A stretch of DNA of 64,000 nt, taken from assembly GCA_002104905.1 (NCBI GenBank), contig MCFE01000399.1, positions 17,366 to 81,365 on the forward strand, in the 5' to 3' direction. Under the pieces are notes generated by a model. That model saw nothing but the letters and a program-made list of their open reading frames with translations. It did not search any database and had not been told where the DNA came from. Shown here in pieces: positions 17,096 to 28,520 of the stretch (the stretch's first letter is position 1; every line of letters starts with the position of its first letter). The DNA is from Basidiobolus meristosporus CBS 931.73. Its lineage: Eukaryota > Fungi > Basidiobolomycota. The translations under genes and the position numbers were made by a program.

Positions 17096-17374
17096 TCAAT
17101 GGAATTGGCGCGGTCTAGTTGGTTTTTCCCTTTCTAAGTCTTCTCTGCTTAGCCTACGGAAAAAGAACTAGGGGTAAATTTCTGAACAGTTAGTGATTTG
17201 GCACGAGCAGTATCCTACCTTCAGCATGGCCTTGAGTTTGGCGGTTTTTCCTTTCTTTCCTATGGCGAACTGGCTCTTTTGGCGGATTTGTTCGAATAGC
17301 ATGTTGTTCGCAGGTAGGCTGTTCCTGATAATAGGATTGGTAGTGGTAAGCACACGATTCAATAAACCGAACAT
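17096..17374 (-). CDS. Small basic hypothetical protein of about 76 aa, probably mitochondria-targeted, 2 exons
   Basis: ATG at 17374; Arg/Thr/Ser-rich N-terminus lacking acidic residues; AAG|GTAGGA donor and CCTAG acceptor give a basic C-terminus. No family recognised; the stop position is approximate. Confidence 0.4.
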
Positions 17375-17748
17375 TACAGTGTAGGAAAGTTGGACTATTA
17401 GAGGGGTAAGCTGTAGAAAAAGTCAATTTGATATTTCTCTGCGTTTGTCTAATTTTTCACTTCACGTTTGATCGGTTCATTTAGGTTTGCGGTGTCAGGT
17501 GATCGAATCCCACTATGCATTATTTGTAAGTTCATACTTAAGTTATACGGAGATTCTAGGTTTTGTTGATTGGAGATGATCACCCAGTAGTTAAACTGAT
17601 TTGCTCACCAAGGAACCAATTAGATCTTGTTTGGATGTATAAAAACAAACAAACAAATCGTACCAGTATGGGAACAATTAACACTATCTCTTCAACAGTA
17701 ACTTGGCGAATTCCAAACTACCTCAACAAGGACTGACATCCAGGAGAT

Positions 17749-19504
17749 ATGGAAGAAGGCATGCATATAGTAGAAAATAGAGTGGCGTCCTTCATGGAAG
17801 CTAAGTTCGCCTGGCCACATCCTGACACTTTTGGCGTCGTACCCTTGAATGTACTAGTATTATTCAATTGAAATATTGAGTTCTGCGGGACTATCCCTAG
17901 CTCTTTCAATTCTTGCTAATCTATTTTCCATGTTCACATCAAGTTGGCCGAAGCTGGTTTTTACTTCGATCCACAATCCAAAGAGGACGATAGTTGTGTT
18001 TGTTTTCTTTGTCATAAATCCTTGGGAGGCTGGGAAGAGGAAGACAATCCAGTGACTGAACATATTAGTCACGCTCCCTATTGTGCTTGGGCGAAACTCT
18101 TGTGTTCTCGATTGTATGTCGAAAGCTCGGCCATACCACTGAAAGATTTTGCTGAGGATGAATACCTTCCCACTTCCAGTGCTATGGAAGCAGCCAGGGC
18201 TGCAACCTTCCAAGAATTTTGGCCCCATGAGAACAAGAAGGGGTGGCTTTGTAACGTTAAAAAGGTAAATCTTTAGCGGCAAAATGGTCGTTTACAAAGG
18301 TTAACTCATCTTATTGAGCAGATGGCGAAAGCTGGGTTCCACTACAACCCTACCCCAGATTCTGATGACACTACCTGCTGTATCTACTGCAATACCACTC
18401 TTGATGGATGGGAGCCACGTGATAGCCCTGTGTAAGTAGCCTCTTTGACAACAAAGGAAAGAGCCATCTAACCGCGCCCCTTTATTGTAGCAAAGAACAT
18501 CGAAAGAGAGCCCCTACCTGTCCGTTCTTTGTCAAAGATCTCAAAAACACCTTGAAAAAGACTACTTCTAGCGAAAAAGGGGTGTGCTCTGATAGAGAAA
18601 GCGAGGTATTCATGTGATTATCAAATAGTTGAGTGTGAGTCACGTAGTAAATTCAGGGGTTTTTTACTAGGCTGAAGAAGTGGAGACGAAGGTGGCCGTA
18701 TCTCGCTCCAGCACTAAGAATGAGAAACCTCAGCCACAATTGAAACCTAAGAGCCAAAGAGGAGTTAAAGCTAAGAAAGAGGTGAAGGCACAACCTGAAG
18801 CATCTCCAACCACGGTTGTTAAGGCGGACCAAGACGATGAGTTACCACCCGCAATACCAGAGCGTAGAGCACGTGGCGGTCGTAAGAGAAAAGCAGATAC
18901 AGTCGCTGAAGAGATAACACCCGAAGAAAACGATGTCAACACTAGTACCAATGATAGAACCATCCAAAGCGTTGGCAACAAGACACAACCTGAAACCAAA
19001 TCCAAGTCGAGAAAAACCAGAAGAAACGAGCAAGTGGATACCAAGACCAACACACCTGAAGAATGCGTGGAAGCAGATAAAACACGACTTCTGGAGACTC
19101 AGGTGCCTCCTTCACCACAGGTATTGAATGAGCGTTCTACCGGCGGCGAAGAGACAACGCTGGCAGATGTGCAGAGCCATAAATCAAATCCCCAGCTTGG
19201 CACTCCTACATCCATTTCTGATTCTAACCTTGATGAAAGCTCACCAGATGTTGATGGACCACTTGCATCCTCATTATTGAACAAACCTCGCCAACCATCG
19301 AATCTACCTCAGGATGAGCAAAATAATGAAATGATGGTTTGGGAGCTACTGAGCGATGACGAGCGAAATATGTCAGTAGAGCAGTTTATGCGATCGTTGA
19401 TTGACAAGCAAGTGAAAAAGCTGCAGTCCGAGAGTGAGCAAAAGATAGCGCAGTTTATGCAAGAAGCAGAGAAAATCAAGGACATGATCATTGCTATGGA
19501 CTAG
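17749..19504 (+). CDS. BIR1: Survivin/Bir1 chromosomal passenger protein with two BIR domains, multi-exon
   Basis: BIR1: LAEAGFYF...CFLCHKSLGGWEEEDNPVTEH...C. BIR2: MAKAGFHY...CIYCNTTLDGWEPRDSPV.EH...CPFF. C-terminal survivin-like helix MSVEQFMRSL. Confidence 0.9.
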
Positions 19505-20851
19505 TAATTATCACCATTTAACCAACTAATGGTTTCTTTCCCGTATTGTATTATTTCAGCTTCTTTGACAATCTATACATAGACTTTTTGTATTAAATAA
19601 ACACTTGATTTCTTTTCACGATACACCGAATTCCTTATTCAACGCGGCGGGTAACCTCGGCCATAATGCTGATACTCGATAGCGAGGGGTTGTGCATCAA
19701 GCAACAGTTCTACACTTCCAATATTCTCTCAACTCCTCCAATGACTACCAACCATGACACGGACGAAGAACACACCATTGCACCAACCTGATATAATCTG
19801 CCTTATCATCTCAATCTCAAACACACCGTGAATCATGAAATCCGGTCCTCCATAGCTCAAGCAGGCCAATAGCAATGTGACCCTCCCACCTCCAAATCAA
19901 TATAGATTAATACCACGACCGAACTTGTACAAACCATGGGCCAAGAACATACAGGTTGATCGGCAATGTTTAGGCTAGGTCGAGAGCGTAGAAAATCCAC
20001 AGTTACGGGGACTTCAGCACTCTGGTTAAACAAGAGCGGCATACCTGTGAGATGTCATGCACCTAGCACGAATATGAGCACGATGCTCATTGGCTGAGGG
20101 ACTTTGGAACAGAGACGAAGGCTCGTCACTATGCCTACATTGGCAACGTGGTTACGACTTGCGAAATCGAGATGGCCTGCGTCACCTGGCATGCAATGAG
20201 CATTGCTAATAATGACTCAGTAGATAGTAGAACAACACAAAATCCGGTGATGGCCTCTGATGGCTGTACACATCAAACGTGCTACGATACTCTTGCATGG
20301 TAGATCATCACCTCGTGGCCAGTCGCTCACAAGTTGAACTCGCCCCATCGATCTCTCGGCGGCTGGACAAACACTGCATCACGTCAGCATAAATCATCGA
20401 AAATGATGAATTGTAAATAGGGCATTTGCCTAATGCACCGCAAATCAGAATCCATGCCTCGTTATCCATCGATGGGACAATGTGTAGCGGCCTATTTTGA
20501 CAAGAAATTTACGGATATGGGCAATTCAGGGGCCGCTCCTTTGAGTGTAACTCTTTTACCCCGTTTTTCAGATGATCAAGTCCACTCCACTCACTGAGTT
20601 TCCTTTTCCATCCAGGCGTATGAAACTATTGGCCATTACGCGATGACTAATCCTTCATCTTCCCTTCGTTTATCTGTAACTGCATTTTTTTTTCAAGCAT
20701 TATCATTATAGGAGTAAGGAGTAGACGGGGTATCGCATCGCCTGTATATATTTAAGCTACGCACCGGGTGGCATATAACTATTCTTCCCAAGTTCTCTGT
20801 CGAGTCTCAAAGAGACCTAACATATCAGTGTTGAGAAACATTTCACGTACC

Positions 20852-22003
20852 ATGGCTTTTGAACAAACCGACGATCTCCGCATCTCAGGCTACGACCCTC
20901 TCCTTCCTCCCCAAATTATTCAGGAGGAGCACGCGTTGAACGACGAAGCAAGGAACACCGTTCAACAAGGCCGAAAGAATGCAACTGCTGTATTGAAGGG
21001 CGAGGACGATAGGGTTCTGGTAATAGTCGGCCCCTGCTCTATTCACGACATAGAGGCAGCTAAAGAATACGGTTAGTATCCTAAATCTCTGCTTGAAGTC
21101 ACGAGTTTCTTAATTCTGATCGTGATCCACACAATAGCCCAGAAATTGAAGGAAGTGGCCCAGAAATATGACAACGAACTAGTCGTGATCATGCGTGCCT
21201 ACTTTGAAAAGCCTCGCACCACTGTTGGCTGGAAGGGCTTGATCAACGACCCATTCCTTGACGGAAGTTTCCAAATCAATAAAGGCCTACGCATTGCTCG
21301 CCAGCTGTTGATCGATATTACCTCCATGGGCGTTCCTGTTGGGTCCGAGCTGCTGGATACAATCTCCCCTCAATTCCTGGCGGACCTTATCTCCTGGGGT
21401 GCCATTGGTGCTAGAACCACAGAATGCCAACTCCATCGTGAGCTTGCATCAGGTGTATCCTTCCCTGTTGGATTCAAAAACGGAACCGATGGTAATGCTG
21501 GCATCGCCCTCGATGCGATTCGCGCTGCCTCTCATCCTCATCATTTCCTTGGTGTCACAAAGCAAGGATTGGCTGCGATCACCAACACATCTGGAAACGA
21601 TACCTGCCACATTATTTTGCGCGGTGGAAATCAGGGGCCCAATTACGAACAACAACACATTGCCAGTATTCGTGAAGAATTGCGTAAAACAAAGCTAAGA
21701 GAAGTGATCATGGTTGATTGTAGCCATGGAAATAGCTCTAAGCTTCACACGAATCAACCTAAAGTTTGCTCCAACCTTGCACAACAAATTGCAACCGGTG
21801 ACAAATCAATTGTTGGTCTGATGATTGAAAGTAACTTGGTCGCCGGTAGACAAGACATTCCGAAAGACGGACCTACCGCCCTTACCTACGGACAAAGTAT
21901 TACCGATGCTTGTGTTGACTGGGATTGTACAGTGGAGATGTTGGATGAGTTAGCTAAAGCCGTGCAGCAGCGCAGAAGCTTGTGTACCAACGGAAACCAC
22001 TGA
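20852..22003 (+). CDS. ARO4: DAHP synthase class I-alpha, probably the tyrosine-sensitive type, 2 exons
   Basis: DDLRISGYDPL, VGPCSIHD, MRAYFEKPRTTVGWKGLINDP, IGARTTECQLHRE, DCSHGNS, YGQSITDAC. HHFLGVTK has Gly at the specificity position, as in yeast Aro4. Confidence 0.9.
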
Positions 22004-22976
22004 GTGCGATAGATTGAAAACGAGGCGGAAATCATTTTGGCGTTAGCTTTGGAAATGACATGTGAATATTTTTCATTCGTAATATAGATATTTCCTTCAC
22101 TTTATGTATGGGCTTGATTATTCAGATATCCAAATAAGATAATTGCAATAAATGGCTCATTGTTCTTCACATAATCATCATAAACTTCTCGTTCCCATGC
22201 TCGTTATTCATAAGAATCTTTCTATGGCGGTCATCGAATGCTGCACTAACAATGGTAGGTGGACATACTGTATGGCCGGTGAATGGTGTTAGTCACTCCA
22301 CAATGATATTACAATAGCCTTTGGGACAAAAATACTGCTATTAATGGCCTTTCATCCATGCACTGACAAAGGGATATCGATATCTTTAAACCATCAAAAA
22401 CAATTGTTTTCGTAGTTAACTTTCCACTTTACTCTAGTGAAACGACCTAATTACCGATATGGAACCTCAATAAAACCTTGCATGCGAAATACTGGAATTC
22501 CTCTGCTACGTGTGACCAAAGTCCATTTTCAACAACGCCAATTACATCACATCAAAGTTAACATCGTGCTGAGCATCATTAATGGTAGAAGCGTACCAGC
22601 ATTGAGTTCACAAATCTCGGTTCAATGCACATCAACCTTGCATATGTAATCTATTTAGGACCATACCATCATACAAAGAGAAAATTGAAATATTCGAAAA
22701 AAGCTGTACAACATTGGATGTGCTGTTGATTTTTCATTCCAGGCCTAAAGTCGGCCAATTCCTGACTTGCTTCATGGATATCGCATTTTGGGCCAACCAA
22801 TGTTACTGTGGTACAGGTTTAATTGCTGCAACTTCCATTCAAGCGTTTCGAATTCACTGAGACTTTCTTTTTCCATCAACCCATATAAAATGGTGTATTG
22901 CGCGTGGTTCAGCATCAATTTCGTCAGCTTCGGGTGCAGGTCACTTTTGTTATCTCAGTCTTAACGCATATTTGAC

Positions 22977-23795
22977 ATGTGGGGAAAAAAATTCATCGCC
23001 TTGGCAATCGTTTCGCTTGCTTGTGCCGTCAATGTTGAAGGGCATTCTTATCTAACTGGGCCTGACCCACGCGTTAGACAAGGCCAATGCCGCCTTGATG
23101 GCAAAACATTCTCCGGCTCAAATCCTAAGACTTGTTATGGGCCATGCGAATCTACCGTCGTAACACCAATGAATAAGCGCGCCGTCTATCAAAGAGGCCA
23201 GCAAATCACAGTTTCTTGGGCCCGCAACAACCACCCCGGAGGCTTTGTTCGTCTTGCATTTGCGAAAACCTCCAAGTCCAAGAGTGCTAGTGAATTCGAT
23301 AAGAATGTCCACAAGTACTCTTGTTATGAAGCTGGGCCTGGCTGTAAAGGCCAGAGTAACAAAAACAATAACGACAAGTTGGGAACCAGTACCAAGAACT
23401 GTAACACTATTATCAACATTCCCAAGTGGCTCGATGACGGTGAGTGGACTCTGCAGTGGTCTTGGTATGGCTCTATGCAAGGCCATGGAGACTTCTACTC
23501 TTGCTCGGATATCATCATTAAGGGTGGCCCTAAGGGCAACAACCAAGGTGCAGCATTTGAGGGAGGTGATCCTCGTAACCCCAGTAAGCAACTCTGTGCT
23601 ATTGGATGGGGTGATCGCCTGGGAGTATGCAAGTGGAACAGATGCTGGGATCCTAAGAACAAGAACTCACGCGCACCATTCGTAAAGAAAGGATGGAACA
23701 CCAATGTTGTAATCAATGCTGTTCCATATTCCAAGAAACCTTTGAAGATGTTACCTGGTCGCAACCCCAACACTAACAAGTCTACACCTTGGTAA
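22977..23795 (+). CDS. Secreted His1 (LPMO-like copper-binding) protein, intronless
   Basis: Signal peptide ends at ...VNVEG, leaving His at the mature N-terminus (codon 23043-23045); second His in RNNHPGG; WTLQWSW and DFYSCSD motifs; multiple Cys residues. Confidence 0.65.
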   Translation: MWGKKFIALAIVSLACAVNVEGHSYLTGPDPRVRQGQCRLDGKTFSGSNPKTCYGPCESTVVTPMNKRAVYQRGQQITVSWARNNHPGGFVRLAFAKTSKSKSASEFDKNVHKYSCYEAGPGCKGQSNKNNNDKLGTSTKNCNTIINIPKWLDDGEWTLQWSWYGSMQGHGDFYSCSDIIIKGGPKGNNQGAAFEGGDPRNPSKQLCAIGWGDRLGVCKWNRCWDPKNKNSRAPFVKKGWNTNVVINAVPYSKKPLKMLPGRNPNTNKSTPW

Positions 23796-26700
23796 TGGTA
23801 ACTAGGCTTACCCCAGCAAACATTGACTATTGAAAATGAATGTTTTGATTTCCATCATGTCATTCGACATAATAAACAAATATTTCTGAACACGCTTGAA
23901 CAGATAGTGGTATCTTCCTCTAAAGTGTAATTCATAATGTTGGGCTGTTCCGTGATTTCAACTACCGCTACATTATGGATCGATTCGGTGGTGGTGATTG
24001 CCGCAGGGACCAGTGTGGATTCGACGAATTGAATCAAAATATTGCAAATACTACATTAATTGGTGTGGCCGTATGATGCTTTCACTGGTATCACATGCAC
24101 ATTCTGAACGTACTCATTGCCTTTGAGTGAATCGTTGGTGGACTACACTCTTTACATTCCCTTTTAAAGCCTATATTTAACCCACTCTAAAAGGGGTTAC
24201 AGGGATGAGGTGGAACATCACCAAGCGGGCTTTAAGGGAGCGTCAGTTAAAAAGAATGTTTGAATTACCACACTTGTTTTTCACTGTTGCATTTTGGCAC
24301 CCGTCATAATCAAGTCGCGAGTTTACTGAAATGCTCCCTATCGCGAAATTGTTACTGCTATGTTTAGACAGTAAGGTTTGGAGAGCGTCGTTGTGACAAT
24401 ATGACTGCTCCCCAAGAAGTGTTGAAAGCCATATCCTAGCTTATTTTGTATTTCGAGTGCTCTCGTTATCTGTACTTTGTCTGCTATGCAAATAAACGTA
24501 CTTTAAGTAATACTAGCCAAGCACAGATCATATGATGTGAGGTGCGTCGCTTTGCGAGAACTATAGGCTCAACCTTACGGCCAGTACCATCGTTGCATTT
24601 GATATTGCTTTGATGGATGCCATTGACTTTTCTTACACGCAGATTGCCTCCCAAACGCCGAAACCATTATGCTTAGCACCTCATTCCAATCTTAGGCAAA
24701 CTTTTGAATCCCGATAAGGACTGTTATCGGATCCAAATCTCATCGGCTCCGCCCCTCCTGTCTTTTTCGCCGAGCAAGATCTGGCTTCAACTTTTGAACT
24801 ACACTACCGATGCAATAATTATATTGCTGGCTGGAGCCTGCAGCATATTTTAATTAGTATTTACTGGGGACATTGAGGCATCTTGGCTTACACCTGTGCT
24901 CTGTTGCCAAGGCCAAAGTCCAATTTTGTATATATTACCAAACTCGACTATACTGTAATCTATTCAGCTGCAACCTTCAATCCAAACCTCAACTTTTAAG
25001 GCGTAGGTACACTAATTTGTATCCTTTGTATTCTTCACCTGATTAATGCGATATTTAAGGACTTCGATATGCTGGTCACACTCCCAAATCATGATGATCA
25101 CAAAAGTAGCCTTGTGCATGAAATTCAAATATGATGGACATTGATACTGGTGCATGTATCCATTCCAGCTTCCTACCGAATCGCGCTAATTTTCATCTGG
25201 TGTGTATGCGAATTCGCTACACAGGCGATTTGTAACGTTGCATCGCAAACTACCTATGTACTTTTAGAGGGCCTGGCTACCACCAGTCACCAGTTTGCCG
25301 ACAAAATAAAGCCAATGAGCCAACTTCGACATAGTCGGGCAGCTAGCACAGTAATCTAGATGGGTGACAGTACTTCGCTGTGCAAAGGTATTGAACATAG
25401 CCGTCGTATTCATCACAGGTTAAACTTCAACACTCACGACAGAATCCAACAATACCCGCAAGCACCATGACGTCACTTCGCTGCTTTGTATTGTTTTACA
25501 AGGGAAGAACGATGTACCTCGTTACCGTGGGTCTTTCCGTTTGGGCTACCTGTTCCGTGGTTGATGAATACAATTTTAATTCATCAATTAGAAGCGTAAA
25601 ATCGAAATTGTTTTCGTAATGTGTTACTCTTCTTTGGGTGAAGGCACTCAATAAACAAGGCCTAACGCCGAATTTTCCCCAGCAGAAGCTCCGTGGAGAT
25701 TTATCTGATCATAAGGTAACTAATAGTTGATATGATGAACAACACGCATCTCAAGAAATCAAATGTATTTGCGTCGAACTGTGGATGGCTCGTATTTAAT
25801 TAAGGAGACCGGGAGGAACTCATTAGTTTCTCAACTCAGGGATATAGCTCGAATACCTTGCAGAATCAATTTATCTATCTGTATACATGATATAAGTCAT
25901 ATATTCTGAAGTAAGGGTGGCTGCATTTCAATCTCGCATATCAAGGGAAATAACAAAGTAGACTGGCGCACGAGAAACCAAGTCATTGTTAACCTGGGCC
26001 TACAGCGATTTAATCGCGGCCCTTCTGAGCAAATTGCTTGCTGGGAAGCCGAATCCCTAGTGTTGAGCAGGGGTCCATATGGTAAAAAGGGTCAGTAGTA
26101 AAGCGGATGGCTATGATGGGCGGTCTCTGTATAGAACACAACACATTGGCTTGGAACAAATGGAAATTCCGCACACTTTCGATGGCAACTGTCACGTTGA
26201 TAGAAAATTACTTGGGAACTGAGGATTGTTCATATGCTCGTACAAATTAATCAAGCAAATCACTTGTGCCCATTTGGTATGCAATTTATGGCAAGCACAT
26301 TATTGTTTTCTGAGGACTGATGTCATGTTGATATCGATCATTCCATTGTAAAACATGGCGATCATACTTGTCCTTTCGTGTTGGATGCCAGGGGCTATCA
26401 ACCATACAGTTTGGACCAAGGGACGGAAACAGGCAGAAATCCGCCCTTCAGCAATAGGAACCATCCAAATTATATGCGCATCGTATATGGTCGGCGTAGT
26501 GTTAACCAACTAAAGGCATTGATTGAAATCCTCGAAATCTTACTCGAGACCTAATTAAATTCACAGACCACAAATGAATACAATACCGTTAAGGAGCTCA
26601 GCAAATCGGAGAGGCTATTAATAGCTAATCATATTAAAATACGAATTGATTCATTACTGAATCAGTCATAATGGAAATATGTACCTCCTCAAGTTGCACA

Positions 26701-26988
26701 GCTTAAATTGAACTTGTTTGGAGACGGACGCGGGGGCTCAGTACTAATATTCTTTGGCCATCCTTAGGGAAAGTGAAAATTTTGGTTCCACCAAATTATA
26801 AACTTAAATATGTATGGTAGTCCCTACGTTCCTGGCTATTTATCACTTGATATTTCTATCCATATCCTTTCCACTTCACAGGCGCTTGGTCGTCCTACTC
26901 TCCTCTCTATCTCTGCTTCGTGTTGTCCTTGCATACTCAGCCCCTTCTGCTATCCACCCTCCCGTCATTTTCCACTCGTTAGTAAACT

Positions 26989-28267
26989 ATGAGATTATCC
27001 GAAGTCCTAAAATCGTTTGTCGTTTTGGGATTGGCAAGCACCTCTCTAGGTAATAACACTGCCTGTAAGGTTCCTTCCCCCAAGACCCACGTATCCTATC
27101 GCGCTTCTGGCCCCATTGTCCTTGATGGTAAACTTGATGACCCTGCTTGGGAAAAGGTCCCCTGGACGGATTATTTCGGTAACATTCAGGGACCTGCTGG
27201 CATTGCCCCTCCACCCGTCATGAACACTCGCGTCAAGGTATATCGGGTCTGCATGGTTTGATAAACGCTTGAAATCTAATCTTCATTTAGATCATGTTCG
27301 ATGACGAGTATATCTACGTTGGCGCTCAGATCGACGAAGAAGTCATTCGCGCCAAGACCAAATATTGTGAGGGAGAAAGTAAGACCGATTATTTTCGTAC
27401 GAGATTGATTCCCTATTAACACACTTTTCAGAATGGGATGATAATGACTTCCAATTCTACCTTGATGCTGAACGTACCAACACAAACCTCAAGGTGATCA
27501 AGATGAATGCCTTGGGTCTCTACGAGTCCTTGATCTATGATAAGCCCCCTAGCAACAAGGGAGTTGGCAAACCTTGGGACATCAAGTCCAAATTTGAATT
27601 CAAGGTCTACACCAATGGTAAAGTTAATGATCCAAGATGGACCAAGGTCAAGGGAGGCTATTGGTCTGTCGAATGGAAACTTCACAAGAGCCTATTGTCA
27701 AACAAAGCCTCTACCAAGCGTGATGTTGAAGGAGTTCCAGCTTACCAGAACATGAATTTCTTGCGTACTGGCTATAACCCTACCTCCGTGTATCCTCTAC
27801 CTGATCAAACAAACTTCACCAGTACTGCTTCTCTCTTCTTTGGAATCCCACCCGTTGTCAACTCCCCAGTCATGCGCAAACGCCATGAAGTCACTTCCAG
27901 ATACCAATTCTCTTGGACTCCTCAATATTCCAACGACCCTACCAATCCCGATCTTTGGGGCCATGTTGAATTCAAGGACACCACTGACACTTCTGTTCCA
28001 TTTGTTGAGGATCCCAACTACGCCACTCGCTATGCCCTCATTCAAGTGTACCTCGCGCAGCAGGCATACGCCGCTAAGAACCAGGGCAAGTTTGCTAACG
28101 TATACTCGAAGTTAAACCTTGACTCTGAAGTGATCGGCAAGTGCGTTCCTGTCCCGAAGATTAAGGTATCTAATGATTGCCTCAACTTCGACGCTTTCAT
28201 CAAGAAGAGCAAGGTCGTCGGTACCATCAACGACACCCGCGAGATTATTTTCAAGGCCCATGCCTAG
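26989..28267 (+). CDS. Secreted CBM9-like (DOMON-like sugar-binding) domain protein, 3 exons
   Basis: Signal peptide; PIVLDGKLDDPAWEKVPWTDYFGNIQG, TRVKIMFDDEYIYVGAQI, DNDFQFYLD, MNALG, WSVEWKL, WRMNF-like YQNMNFLR, PDLWGHVEF. Introns at 27238-27290 and about 27379-27432. Confidence 0.75.
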
Positions 28268-28520
28268 GTCCCCTTTTTGGATTACATTATTATTCACACT
28301 GATCGATCTCAAACAATAAGAATCCTTTAATCAGTTTTTGTCTGACTTAATAATATGTATTACATCTTCGATCCCTTTTTGATATGTGGTCTTCATCCCA
28401 TAGCCATCTCATGAATGTATTCCCCAACATGGGGTTACTGCGTAACTCTTATCATTAAAATTCGTGATTGCAATCACAACCTATTCGTGGTATGTGCAGC
28501 GCTGGACAACATAACTCAGC

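Noticed and set aside
23800-26900. Hidden transposon or RNA gene in the 3-kb gene-free interval
   Set aside because: No terminal repeats, transposase/RT motifs, tRNA boxes or long ORF seen by eye.
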